The translations under genes were made by a program, and so were the position numbers. The notes under the pieces were generated by a model, which searched no databases, was not told where the DNA came from, and worked only from the letters and a program-made list of their open reading frames with translations. From assembly GCA_964400675.1 (NCBI GenBank), contig CAYNVO010000003.1:42576-106575 (forward strand): DNA of 64,000 nucleotides. The letters are read 5' to 3'. Below, in pieces: positions 26,894 to 36,732 of the stretch (position 1 is its first letter; each line of letters begins with the position of its first letter). This DNA comes from an uncultured Dehalococcoidales bacterium (GTDB lineage Bacteria > Chloroflexota > Dehalococcoidia > GIF9 > UBA5629).

Positions 26894-27682
26894 ATGGGGA
26901 ACAGCGCAAAAATACTGGTTATAGATGACGAACTCGATTTCGTGGAAGCCTTCCGGATGGTATTTGAAGCTAAATCTTATCAAGTGGTAACAGCATCAAA
27001 TAGAGCAGAAGCTCAGGATGTGATGGGTGCAAATCCTGACATTATTGTGTTGGGCACTCTTGCTCCCGCCGGGCAAGCATTTGCAATGCACAACTGGTTG
27101 AAGCAGCATCCAAAATACAAGGACATACCGCTAGTGGTAATTGATGCCAGCCATGAAGAGCGTCATATCAAAGGATGGAGAAGGTTTGAGGGCATACAAA
27201 TTGAATGCGAAGCTTATATGACCAAGCCGATAGAGCCGGCTTCGATAGTGCCGCGAGTTCAAAACCTGCTTGAAGAGGCAACCAGACCCAGAAAGATTAA
27301 GGTGCTCATAGTAGATGACCATACAATGGTCAGACATGGGATACGTGCTCTTCTCACAGTGCAGAAGGACATGGAAGTGATAGGTGAGGCTGTGAATGGG
27401 CAGGATGCGCTTGAACAGGTGCAACGACTTTCTCCGAATGTTGCGCTGATGGATATAGTCATGCCTGTCATGAGTGGGCTAGAGGCAACAAGGCGAATAA
27501 GCAGCGAATATCCGCTAACAAGAGTTTTGATCCTGACCCAATATGATGAGGAAGAGAACATGCTTGTTGCCAAGCAGGCAGGGGCGCACGGTTTTATACC
27601 TAAAAGGGCAGCAAGCTCCGAACTTGTAGATGGCATAAGGGCTGTAAATGAGGGGAAATATTCTCCATGGTCGTTATCCTAA
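26894..27682 (+). CDS. Tandem receiver-domain (REC-REC) response-regulator-like protein without an output domain.
   Basis: Two CheY-like domains (KILVIDDELDFVEAF... and KVLIVDDHTMVRHGIRALL...ALMDIVMP). The second is a close paralog of the NarL-type RR at 22279, but the ORF stops before any HTH. Confidence 0.7.
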   Translation: MGNSAKILVIDDELDFVEAFRMVFEAKSYQVVTASNRAEAQDVMGANPDIIVLGTLAPAGQAFAMHNWLKQHPKYKDIPLVVIDASHEERHIKGWRRFEGIQIECEAYMTKPIEPASIVPRVQNLLEEATRPRKIKVLIVDDHTMVRHGIRALLTVQKDMEVIGEAVNGQDALEQVQRLSPNVALMDIVMPVMSGLEATRRISSEYPLTRVLILTQYDEEENMLVAKQAGAHGFIPKRAASSELVDGIRAVNEGKYSPWSLS

Positions 27683-27691
27683 CAGTGTTAG

Positions 27692-27985
27692 ATGCGAGAG
27701 GACAATCAGGAGGGTGGAATGCGACAAATATGTGAGACCTGTGCGTTCGCTAAAGATTTTACCGTGGGACCTGGCATATCAGGTTCGGATGAGGGTGTGG
27801 AGTGCACTAATTTAGAGTTTGCCAAATATCTTGACAGGCTACAAAAAAGCAATTCCTACCAGAAAGAGTTCAGTGAACGCGGCTTCATCAAAGTATTTAG
27901 AGTAGAAGCTGTCGCCTCTGATGAGAGCGAAGCATGTCAATTCTGGAGAGCTAAAAAGTTGAAGCATAAGAAAAGTGCAAAGTAA
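27692..27985 (+). CDS. Hypothetical small Cys-containing protein.
   Basis: 97-aa ORF directly after the REC-REC gene. CETC and C...C residues. No family recognised. Confidence 0.3.
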   Translation: MREDNQEGGMRQICETCAFAKDFTVGPGISGSDEGVECTNLEFAKYLDRLQKSNSYQKEFSERGFIKVFRVEAVASDESEACQFWRAKKLKHKKSAK

Positions 27986-28019
27986 CTAAAGGCTCTATTC
28001 AAAGACAGTATTTTGCCTC

Positions 28020-28049
28020 TTGCTTTCGTGTATTTGTGCATGATATAAT
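28020..28049 (+). promoter_or_regulatory. Sigma70-like promoter candidate (TTGCTT-N18-TGaTATAAT, extended -10).
   Basis: Read directly from sequence. Lies about 390 nt upstream of folD, at the head of a long non-coding leader. Confidence 0.35.
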
Positions 28050-28444
28050 CTAGCTTCGGCAAGGCAAGCAAAGCTCGGAGATTTACTTGCAAGCGACCCT
28101 AGTCTATTATTCTCTAGACCATGGGCTTACTATTGCGGCTGTTGCTAGCGCTTCAGCTTCTAAATCAACAATTGAAGAATTTCGGTATAAACTGAGTCAT
28201 CAACAGATAGTTAGCCAGCTTAAGCAGTTTTGGACTCAGGACATTTGCTGCCTTTCGAATATGTCGTTTTACTCTCGGTTACTGTTATGATTGAGAAAGC
28301 TGTGGCGTTTTCAATACAATCAAATCTAAATCAGGGGCAAAGTAAATAAGTTGGGGGTGATAAATATAGGTAATACATATTGAATCCAGCCCAGGAATTT
28401 GAGCGAAAATAATCAGCCTTCAAAAGAAGGAGGAAAAACGAGAA

Positions 28445-29335
28445 ATGACTGCAAAGATTATCAGTGGTACTGAAGTAGCTGCCGAGATTCGCGAGGAATT
28501 GAAGGGCAGAGTGAAAAAGCTAAAAGACAAGGGAGTGATCCCGGCATTAGCTGTGGTGCTGGTGGGAGAAGACCCGGCCTCGATCTCCTATGTTACCGCT
28601 AAGGCTAAGGGCTCTGAGGAAATAGGAATGCACGAGGAGACAATTCGCCTACCAGCAGATACTCCAGAAGCAGAAGTCCTGAAAAAAGTCGATGAACTTA
28701 ATAAAGACCCTAAATTTCATGGTGTATTGGTACAGTTGCCTTTGCCCAAGCACATTGACACCGAAAAGGTGATTAACTTTATCTCTCCAGAGAAAGATGT
28801 AGATGGCTTCCATCCTGTTAATGTGGGTAAGGCGCTCAGAGGTGAACCCTGTCCTTTGCCCTGCACTCCTCATGGAGTTCAGGAGTTGTTGGTCAGGAGC
28901 GGCAATGACCCAAGCGGCAAGCATGTCGTTATCTGCGGCCGGAGCAATATTGTAGGCAAGCCGCTGGCGGCTATCCTGATGCAGAAGAAGAAAGGGGCTA
29001 ATGCCACAATCACCATCTGCCATACCGGGACCAAGGATATAGGCTATTTTTCCAGGCAGGCTGATATTGTCGTGGCTGCTATGGGTGCTCCTAAGGCGAT
29101 AACCGCCGATATGGTCAGAGATGGCGCCGTGGTTATCGACGTTGGCGTTAACCGCGTAGAAGATAAGACAAAAGAGAAGGGTTTCCGCCTGGTTGGTGAT
29201 GTCGACTTCGATGCCATCAAGGAAAAGGCATCGGCGATAACTCCGGTTCCCGGTGGAGTCGGTCCGATGACTGTAACCATGTTGCTGATGAATACGGTGG
29301 AAGCAGCCGAGATTAAAGCAGGTATAACCGGCTAG
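28445..29335 (+). CDS. folD: Bifunctional methylene-THF dehydrogenase / methenyl-THF cyclohydrolase.
   Basis: 296 aa. FolD blocks (VVLVGEDPASISYV, LVQLPLPKHID, VVICGRSNIVGKP, PVPGGVGPMT). Confidence 0.9.
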   Translation: MTAKIISGTEVAAEIREELKGRVKKLKDKGVIPALAVVLVGEDPASISYVTAKAKGSEEIGMHEETIRLPADTPEAEVLKKVDELNKDPKFHGVLVQLPLPKHIDTEKVINFISPEKDVDGFHPVNVGKALRGEPCPLPCTPHGVQELLVRSGNDPSGKHVVICGRSNIVGKPLAAILMQKKKGANATITICHTGTKDIGYFSRQADIVVAAMGAPKAITADMVRDGAVVIDVGVNRVEDKTKEKGFRLVGDVDFDAIKEKASAITPVPGGVGPMTVTMLLMNTVEAAEIKAGITG

Positions 29336-29420
29336 AAGGATAATACTCATAAACTGTTAACTTCTTTGGCTATTCAGCACAGGCTTAAAATAAACTAAAT
29401 AAGAAGGAGGATACTACTAT

Positions 29421-31181
29421 ATGGCTTATGATGCAGTAAAGATGAAGGACTGGCAGATTTCAGAGGCAGCTGAGAAGAACATGCCAACCCCCGATGAGTG
29501 GCGGGAGAGACTCGGATTGCAGAAAGATGAGATTATTCCCTACGGGAGGCTGTGCAGGCTCGACTTCCTGAAAATAATCGAGCGTCTCAAGGAGAAGCAG
29601 GATGGCAAGTATATTGAGGTAACCGCCATCACACCCACTCCATTAGGTGAAGGGAAAAGTACTACCTCGATGGGTCTCATTGAAGGTCTGGGTAAACGGG
29701 GCAAGAACGTAGGTGGTTGTCTCCGCCAACCATCAGGCGGTCCCACCATGAACATCAAAGGGACTGCTGCCGGCGGTGGCAATGCGCTCCTCATTCCCAT
29801 GACCGAGTTCTCAATGGGTCTTACCGGAGATATCAACGACATCATGAATGCCCACAATCTAGCTATGGTGGCGCTTACTGCCAGAATGCAGCACGAACGT
29901 AATTACGACGATGCTGAGCTTGCCAAGCGCAATCTGCGTAGACTGGATGTAGACCCGACTCGTGTGGAAATGGGCTGGATTTTGGACTTCTGCGCCCAGA
30001 GCCTGAGGAATATCATCATAGGTATTGGTGGTCGCATGGATGGCTTCCTGATGCAGTCGAAGTTTGGCATCGCCGTCAGCTCAGAGCTGATGGCCATGCT
30101 TTCTATTGTAAGAGACCTGGCAGACCTGCGTGAGAGAATGGGCAAGATCACAGTCGCCTTTGACAAAAAGGGCAACCCTGTAACCACCGGAGACCTGGAA
30201 GTCGGTGGTGCCATGACTGCATGGATGCGCAACACCATCAATCCCACGCTGATGTGCACTGCTGAGTACCAGCCGTGCATGGTGCATGCCGGACCATTCG
30301 CTAATATTGCTGTGGGTCAGTCGTCTATCATTGCCGACCGCATTGGCCTGAAGATGTTCGATTACCACGTAACCGAGAGTGGTTTCGCTGCGGATATAGG
30401 CTTCGAGAAATTCTGGAATGTGAAATGCCGCTTAAGCGGTCTTATACCGCATGTATCAGTGCTCACCACCACCATCAGGGCACTCAAGATGCATGGCGGA
30501 GGGCCGAAAGTAGTAGCTGGTCTACCTTTGCCCGATGCTTATACAAAGGAAGACCTTAAGACTCTGGAAAAGGGCCTGTCCAACATGATACATCACATTA
30601 ATACCATCAGAACTGCTGGCATTAATCCTGTGGTTTGTATTAATGCCTTCCATACTGACACCAAGGATGAGATTGCAATGGTGCGCAAGGCGGCAGAAGA
30701 AGCTGGAGCACGTTGTGCTGTGTCCACTCACTGGGCAGATGGCGGCGATGGCGCTCTGGAGCTCGCCGATACGGTTATGGATGCCTGCAACCAGAAGAAT
30801 GACTTTAAGTTCCTTTATCCCCTGGAAACCAAGTTGCGTGAGCGGGTGGAAAAGATTGCCAAGGTGGTCTATGGAGCTGACGGTGTGTCATGGACACCTG
30901 ATGCCGAAGCTAAGGCAAAAATGCTTGAGAATGACCCACAATATGCAGACTTTATGACCATGATGGTCAAGACACACCTGAGCCTGACGCATGACCCGGC
31001 TATTAAGGGCACTCCCAAAGGTTGGACATTACCTGTCCGTGACGTCTTGATCTATTCGGGGGCAAAATTCCTCTGCCCTTGTGCCGGAACCATCAGCCTA
31101 ATGCCGGGCACCAGTTCCGACCCTGCCTTTAGAAGGGTGGACGTGGATGTTAAGACCGGCAAGGTAATGGGTCTATTCTAA
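29421..31181 (+). CDS. fhs: Formate--tetrahydrofolate ligase.
   Basis: 586 aa. [17 protein letters not shown]-loop region and overall Fhs collinearity. Confidence 0.9.
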   Translation: MAYDAVKMKDWQISEAAEKNMPTPDEWRERLGLQKDEIIPYGRLCRLDFLKIIERLKEKQDGKYIEVTAITPTPLGEGKSTTSMGLIEGLGKRGKNVGGCLRQPSGGPTMNIKGTAAGGGNALLIPMTEFSMGLTGDINDIMNAHNLAMVALTARMQHERNYDDAELAKRNLRRLDVDPTRVEMGWILDFCAQSLRNIIIGIGGRMDGFLMQSKFGIAVSSELMAMLSIVRDLADLRERMGKITVAFDKKGNPVTTGDLEVGGAMTAWMRNTINPTLMCTAEYQPCMVHAGPFANIAVGQSSIIADRIGLKMFDYHVTESGFAADIGFEKFWNVKCRLSGLIPHVSVLTTTIRALKMHGGGPKVVAGLPLPDAYTKEDLKTLEKGLSNMIHHINTIRTAGINPVVCINAFHTDTKDEIAMVRKAAEEAGARCAVSTHWADGGDGALELADTVMDACNQKNDFKFLYPLETKLRERVEKIAKVVYGADGVSWTPDAEAKAKMLENDPQYADFMTMMVKTHLSLTHDPAIKGTPKGWTLPVRDVLIYSGAKFLCPCAGTISLMPGTSSDPAFRRVDVDVKTGKVMGLF

Positions 31182-31202
31182 AGAAAGTCAGGGAGACACT
31201 CT

Positions 31203-31238
31203 AAGGCTGGGTGGTGCTTTGCACCGCCCAGCCTTTTT
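31203..31238 (+). terminator. Rho-independent terminator after fhs.
   Basis: AAGGCTGGGTGGTGC-TTT-GCACCGCCCAGCCTT, a 13-15 bp stem with one G-U pair, followed by TTTTT. Confidence 0.6.
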
Positions 31239-31263
31239 AGTTAAAATCAATTCCGAGGTTGAA

Positions 31264-32712
31264 TTGGCCCCAAAAGAAATACTTCGAGAATTCGAGCCTA
31301 TCTTCTATCCTGAAGCTATCGCTGTCGTCGGCGTTTCACAGAACGTATTTAAGGTCGGCTCTCTGTGGTTGAAGGCAATTATAGACGCTGGCTTCAGCGG
31401 CCCTGTTTATCCGGTTCATCCAAGAGGCGGCGAATTTCTGGGACTGAAGGTTTATACCAGCATCAAGGAAATTCCGGGGATTGTAGACTATGTCATTGTT
31501 TCCATACCCAGAGAAGCTGTCCCCGAGTTGCTGGAAGATTGCGCTAATAAGGTAAAAGCTGTTCATTTTTTCACCGCTGGCTTCAGCGAAACAGGTGATG
31601 CTTCGGGCTATGAACTCGAGGAAGACTTGTTAAAAAAAGCACAAAGGGGAGGGTTCCGTATAATCGGGCCAAACTGCATTGGCGTTTATTCTCCGGATGG
31701 TAATGTGCCCTATGGACCCGGCGGCAGAATAGGCAAAGTTGGCTCAGTAAGCTTCATCTCTCAAAGCGGCGGCATCGGTGAAAAGCTGGTTGAGCTTGGC
31801 GCTGCCAGGGGCATCAACTACAGCAAAGGAATCAGCTTTGGCAACGGCATTGACCTTGATAGCGTCGATTTCATGGAATATATGGCTGCTGACCCGAAAG
31901 TTTCTATTATAGGCGCTTATCTCGAGGGGACAAGAAACGGTCGTCGCCTGTTCACGACCATGAAAGAGTCGGCTAGGTTAAAGCCTTTAGTCGTGTGGAA
32001 AGCCGGAAGGACTGATGTCGGCGCTACAGCAGCCATGTCTCATACCGGCTCTTTAGCCAGTCCTGCATCAACTTGGTCGGCAGCGCTGAGGCAGTGTGGT
32101 GCTGTTGAAGTTAAAAGCGTCGAGGAGTTAGCCGATACCCTTTTAATATTTCAGCAGCTCGGACAGTGGAGAGGTAGTGGCAGTGGCAACGGCATAGCCG
32201 TAGTCGGTGGATTAGCAGACGGTGGTGGTGGCATTTCCGTTTCATCCAGCGATGCTTGTGCCGAGCTTGGACTTCATATTCCACCTCTATCTGCGGAGAC
32301 AAGGCATAAGTTGACCTGTATCCTGGGTCAGGTAGGCAGTATCCTGCTTAACCCTGTGGACGTAAGCCAGAGCGGCAGCAATCCGTCTATTATACGGGAG
32401 GCACTTGGGGTTGTCCTCGCCGACCCAGCCATAGATCTGGTTATAATTCAAGAAGACGCCGGGATACTTTTAAAGTATTTTCCCCTAGAGTGGGTGCAAG
32501 ACATAAACACTGTTTTTGTCGATTTCAGAGCCAACCAGGAAAAGCCGATTGTTGTTGTCTCACCACCCGGGGCTTCTGATTCGCAGCGCCTTGAAATAGA
32601 ACGAAGATTGACGCAGGCATCGATACCTGTTTTCCCCACCATGGAACGAGCAGCTAAAGCTATAGCGAACCTCAGCAGCTATTATCGGATGCAGGAAGCG
32701 TCAAAGAGCTAA
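31264..32712 (+). CDS. Acetyl-CoA synthetase (ADP-forming)-type CoA-binding / ligase-CoA domain protein (alpha-subunit-like).
   Basis: PEAIAVVGVS...KVGSLWLKAI CoA-binding (succinyl-CoA-synthetase-like) fold followed by a ligase_CoA domain. The ORF-track start 31219 (TTG) lies inside the terminator stem, so the start is placed at the in-frame TTG 31264, which is preceded by GAGG. Confidence 0.55.
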   Translation: MAPKEILREFEPIFYPEAIAVVGVSQNVFKVGSLWLKAIIDAGFSGPVYPVHPRGGEFLGLKVYTSIKEIPGIVDYVIVSIPREAVPELLEDCANKVKAVHFFTAGFSETGDASGYELEEDLLKKAQRGGFRIIGPNCIGVYSPDGNVPYGPGGRIGKVGSVSFISQSGGIGEKLVELGAARGINYSKGISFGNGIDLDSVDFMEYMAADPKVSIIGAYLEGTRNGRRLFTTMKESARLKPLVVWKAGRTDVGATAAMSHTGSLASPASTWSAALRQCGAVEVKSVEELADTLLIFQQLGQWRGSGSGNGIAVVGGLADGGGGISVSSSDACAELGLHIPPLSAETRHKLTCILGQVGSILLNPVDVSQSGSNPSIIREALGVVLADPAIDLVIIQEDAGILLKYFPLEWVQDINTVFVDFRANQEKPIVVVSPPGASDSQRLEIERRLTQASIPVFPTMERAAKAIANLSSYYRMQEASKS

Positions 32713-32716
32713 TAGT

Positions 32717-32941
32717 ATGGAAGTAATAGGCAAGATTTTGCTTATAGCCGGCGGCATCATAGTAATCCTGGGGCTGATGCTGGTTTTCAGTCAGCACATA
32801 CCCTTCTTTGGCAAACTGCCCGGCGATATATTCATAAAGAGAGACGGTTTTTCCTTCTATTTTCCCATTGTCACCCTGCTTATCTTGAGCCTCCTGATAA
32901 CCATAATAGTTAATGTGGTCTTGTATTTCCTGAATAAATAA
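32717..32941 (+). CDS. DUF2905-like small membrane protein.
   Basis: 74 aa, two TM helices flanking PFFGKLPGDIFIKRDGFSFYFP. Confidence 0.55.
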   Translation: MEVIGKILLIAGGIIVILGLMLVFSQHIPFFGKLPGDIFIKRDGFSFYFPIVTLLILSLLITIIVNVVLYFLNK

Positions 32942-32954
32942 GAAGTCTTTTCTG

Positions 32955-33983
32955 ATGAAGACAAGCGATTTTGATTACCATTTGCCCCCTGAATTTATTG
33001 CTCAGACACCTGTAGAACCACGAGACAAATCTCGTCTTATGGTGCTTCATCGGTCTGATGTCTCCATAGAACACCGCTATTTTTACGAGATCGTTAGCTA
33101 TCTTCAGAGTGGGGATACTCTGGTTCTTAACAACAGCCGTGTTATTCCGGCTAGGCTCATGGGACGGAAAAGCGATAGCAGCGTAAATGTCGAAATTCTG
33201 CTATTGCGTCGCTTGGACAACAACGTCTGGGAAACGCTGGTCCGCCCGGGTAGGAAAATCACCACTGGCACACAAATAACAATATCAAGCGATACTGGTG
33301 CCGCTGATGAGGCAATAAACGCTGAGGTGCTGGAACAGGCTGACGATGGCATCAGGCTCATTCGTTTCTCAGACGACAGCTTGCTTGAGGGATTAGGTCG
33401 GGTCCCGTTGCCGCCTTACATACATACTCCGCTGGCTGATGCAGACCGGTATCAAACGGTCTATGCTGAAATAAACGGAAGTGTGGCAGCACCCACCGCC
33501 GGACTGCATTTTGCGCCGAGATTACTAAGTGAGCTGCAGCAAAAAGGCGTTCAACTGGCTTTTATAACTCTCCATATCGGGCTTGATACCTTCCGCCCGA
33601 TCAGAGTTGATGACCCTAGCCAGCACAAGATTCATAGAGAGTATGGAGAATTAAGCTCAGAAGTGGCTGCTTTGCTCAATCAGACCAAAAGACAAGGTAA
33701 AAAAGTGATAGCTGTGGGCACCAGCACGGTGAGGATGCTCGAAGCAGCAGCTTTATCCGGTACAGTGCAGCCTTTTTCCGGCTGGGTTGACCTATTTATC
33801 CTGCCTGGGCACCGATTTTGTGTCACAGATGCCATGATCACCAACTTTCATTTACCCAGGTCGACTCTGCTGATGCTCGTTTCAGCCTTTGCCGGTAAAG
33901 ATTTCATCTGGCAGGCGTACGAACAAGCTACGAGTTTTGGCTACCGCTTTTATAGCTTCGGCGACGCTATGTTAATTCTTTGA
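32955..33983 (+). CDS. queA: S-adenosylmethionine:tRNA ribosyltransferase-isomerase.
   Basis: MKTSDFDYHLPPEFIAQTPVEPRDKSRLMV N-terminus and overall QueA collinearity. 342 aa. Confidence 0.9.
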   Translation: MKTSDFDYHLPPEFIAQTPVEPRDKSRLMVLHRSDVSIEHRYFYEIVSYLQSGDTLVLNNSRVIPARLMGRKSDSSVNVEILLLRRLDNNVWETLVRPGRKITTGTQITISSDTGAADEAINAEVLEQADDGIRLIRFSDDSLLEGLGRVPLPPYIHTPLADADRYQTVYAEINGSVAAPTAGLHFAPRLLSELQQKGVQLAFITLHIGLDTFRPIRVDDPSQHKIHREYGELSSEVAALLNQTKRQGKKVIAVGTSTVRMLEAAALSGTVQPFSGWVDLFILPGHRFCVTDAMITNFHLPRSTLLMLVSAFAGKDFIWQAYEQATSFGYRFYSFGDAMLIL

Positions 33984-34152
33984 AGCGGTTCTTCCATAAC
34001 TCTGTCATGCATAGTGCTTTGGTAGTGGAAAAAATAGATTAATAAATATTAAAAACGTTGCAGCTTTGCCAATTAGCCAGCATATCTATATAATTTACTC
34101 CAGGTGTAAAAGCGATAGGAAAAAAGACGTTTGGAGGTATAATCGGTTAAAG

Positions 34153-35928
34153 ATGTGCGGCATTATCGGCTATTGTGGCAGACAGACAGCAGCTCCACTT
34201 GTTTTTGAATGCTTAAAGCGTGTGGAATACCGTGGCTATGATTCGGCAGGCATGGCTACTATATCAAACGGACAATTATTTGTTACCAAAGATATCGGCA
34301 AGCTTGAGGAGATTGAAAGCAAGCATACATTGAGCTCGTTACCCGGTAATATAGCTATCGGACATACCCGCTGGGCTACTCATGGAGGTGTTACTACAGC
34401 CAATGCTCACCCGCAGTGTGATTCTACTGGAACGATAGCTGTTGTTCATAACGGAATAATTGAGAATTATCAAGAACTCCGTCAACGTCTCACCAGCAAC
34501 GGGCATCACTTTGCTTCAGAAACCGATACCGAAGTCATTCCTCACCTTATTGAAGATGAAATGAAAAAGGGGTGTTCTCTGGAAACGGCGGTTTTAGCTG
34601 TAGCACCGAAGCTTGAAGGCTCCTATTCTTTTTTGGTTATATCGTCCCGTGATTCAGGCAAAATTGTTGGCACCAGAAAAGATAATCCTCTGGCTATTGG
34701 AGTAGGCGAAGATGGCTATTTTGTTGCCAGTGATGCCTTGGCTTTCTCCGGGTTGGCTAACCAACTGGTGTCTCTGGCTGATACTGAGGTAACAGTACTA
34801 ACATCAAAAGGGATTGAGGTTTTTGATGCTGCTGGAAATAAGCTGACAAAAGAAGCGCGACACATCGACTTGCAATGGTGCGATAGTGATAAACAAGGCT
34901 ACCAGTTCTTCATGCTCAAAGAGATTATGGAGCAACCGCAGACTATTGAGGCGGCTACAAATCAGAATAAAGAGTCATTCACCAAGATTGCCATGGATAT
35001 ACTTAGAGCGGGTCAAGTGATAGTCACCGCCTGCGGCACTTCCAGATACGCTGCTCTGGTTGGCAGATACCTCTTCTCCAAAGTCGGCAGAAAATTTTGC
35101 GATGTGGTTATGGCATCCGAATTTCATTATTTTGCTGATTCTGTAGACAGGAATACCGTGGTTTTAGCCGTCTCCCAGAGTGGTGAGACGGCAGATGTCA
35201 TCGAAGGTGTAAAAAGGGCCAGAGAGGCTGGCGCCCAAATCGTTTCTATCGTCAACAGGCCATATTCTCAGCTAGCTGAGATGAGCCATCATGTTATCTA
35301 TCTTAATTGTGGTCCTGAGCTATGTGTCGCAGCTACCAAGTCTTTCATCAGCCAGCTAGTTGTCTTCTATCTTTTGTCGTTTTCCATGGTCAACTCTTTT
35401 GATAAAGCCGTTACCGACCTCAAAAACATCAGCACTAAAGTGGCTAAGACTATTGAATGGAACAATGACAAAATTAGCGCGCTGAGCCAGGAATTAAAGA
35501 CCACGAATGATTTCTACTATATAGCCAGAGGGATTAACTTCGCCATCGCTTCTGAAGGCGCTCTGAAGCTTAAAGAAATCTCCTATATTCATGCAGAGGG
35601 TATGCCGGCAGGCGAACTCAAGCACGGCACCCTAGCCCTTATTGAACAAAGGACCCCTGTAGCTGTAATCTGCCCCGATGACTATACTTACCGTGAGACA
35701 TTAAGCAATGCCACGGAGGCTAAGTCAAGAGGCGCTTATATTATTGCCATCTCTGATAGAAAAAATGAGATTTATGATTTCTGGGTCAAGATCCCCAAAG
35801 TCGACGAGCTCTTATATCCCATAATCGCTGTAGTCCCGCTTCAGCTCTTGGCATACCATCTGGCGGTTAGCCGTGGATATGACCCGGATAGACCCAGGAA
35901 TTTGGCAAAATCAGTAACGGTTAAGTAG
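34153..35928 (+). CDS. glmS: Glutamine--fructose-6-phosphate aminotransferase (isomerizing).
   Basis: Starts MCGIIGY (Cys2 class-II amidotransferase) at ATG 34153. Two SIS domains. The ORF-track start 34066 is an upstream in-frame extension. Confidence 0.9.
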   Translation: MCGIIGYCGRQTAAPLVFECLKRVEYRGYDSAGMATISNGQLFVTKDIGKLEEIESKHTLSSLPGNIAIGHTRWATHGGVTTANAHPQCDSTGTIAVVHNGIIENYQELRQRLTSNGHHFASETDTEVIPHLIEDEMKKGCSLETAVLAVAPKLEGSYSFLVISSRDSGKIVGTRKDNPLAIGVGEDGYFVASDALAFSGLANQLVSLADTEVTVLTSKGIEVFDAAGNKLTKEARHIDLQWCDSDKQGYQFFMLKEIMEQPQTIEAATNQNKESFTKIAMDILRAGQVIVTACGTSRYAALVGRYLFSKVGRKFCDVVMASEFHYFADSVDRNTVVLAVSQSGETADVIEGVKRAREAGAQIVSIVNRPYSQLAEMSHHVIYLNCGPELCVAATKSFISQLVVFYLLSFSMVNSFDKAVTDLKNISTKVAKTIEWNNDKISALSQELKTTNDFYYIARGINFAIASEGALKLKEISYIHAEGMPAGELKHGTLALIEQRTPVAVICPDDYTYRETLSNATEAKSRGAYIIAISDRKNEIYDFWVKIPKVDELLYPIIAVVPLQLLAYHLAVSRGYDPDRPRNLAKSVTVK

Positions 35929-35935
35929 AAAACTA

Positions 35936-36679
35936 GTGATTCTGTCTGATAAGTCAACCAAACCAACAATTATCGCCGCCATCCCTTGCCTCGACGAGGA
36001 GCAGTTCATCAGTGATATAGTAACTAGAACCCGTAGATATGTGGATAAAGTAATTGTTATAGATGATGGGTCAACTGATGATACCTCTGAAGTAGCTAAA
36101 GCTGCTGGTGCTGAGGTCATAAGGCATGGAACGAGGCAGGGTGTTGGGGTGGCTACCAGGGCGGCGTTCGAAGCGGCAAAAACATGTCGGGCTGATGTGC
36201 TGGTAACTCTGGACGGCGATGGTCAGCACAATCCCGATGAGATTCCCCAGGTTCTGGCTCCTATCCTGAGTGGCGAAGCTGACCTGGTCATTGGCTCCCG
36301 CTTTCTCCAACCCACTCAAAAAACTCTATCAGCTCAACAAACTGAAAGAACCAATATCCGTCGTTATCGCAAATTTGGCATTGATGTAATCACGTGGTTA
36401 TACAACCTTGGCTCAAAGATAAAGGTATCTGATTCACAGAGCTGCTTCCGTGCCCATAGTCGAAGGCTGCTCGATGCCATAAACATGACAGAAAGCGGCT
36501 TTAGTTTCAGCGTTGAAGTCTTAATTAAAGCCAGAAGAAGGGGCTTAGTTATCACTGAAGCACCTATCTCCTGCCTCTATCACTCCCAGGGCTCCAGCCT
36601 TAATCCTGTAGCTCATGGTCTTGGGGTTGCCTTCGCTGTGATAAAGCTCCGACTTTTCAGTCACCAGCATAACAAGTAG
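35936..36679 (+). CDS. Family 2 glycosyltransferase (polyprenol-phosphate / Dpm1-like).
   Basis: IIAAIPCLDEE...VIVIDDGSTDDT and DGDGQH motifs. Confidence 0.8.
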   Translation: MILSDKSTKPTIIAAIPCLDEEQFISDIVTRTRRYVDKVIVIDDGSTDDTSEVAKAAGAEVIRHGTRQGVGVATRAAFEAAKTCRADVLVTLDGDGQHNPDEIPQVLAPILSGEADLVIGSRFLQPTQKTLSAQQTERTNIRRYRKFGIDVITWLYNLGSKIKVSDSQSCFRAHSRRLLDAINMTESGFSFSVEVLIKARRRGLVITEAPISCLYHSQGSSLNPVAHGLGVAFAVIKLRLFSHQHNK

Positions 36680-36732
36680 GTGAAAGCTAAGAAACTCAAC
36701 AAACTCAATAACACGGATAAAATGAGGTTAAA

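Noticed and set aside
28290-28444. ZTP (pfl) or THF riboswitch ahead of folD
   Set aside because: No GGGTCG...CCGCCTGGGCA-type pseudoknot elements and no THF-aptamer consensus are seen. Left as an unexplained leader. See finding.
33984-34152. glmS ribozyme upstream of glmS
   Set aside because: The leader is short and AT-rich and shows none of the conserved glmS-ribozyme core. The extended ORF-track start at 34066 is also rejected in favour of MCGIIGY at 34153.
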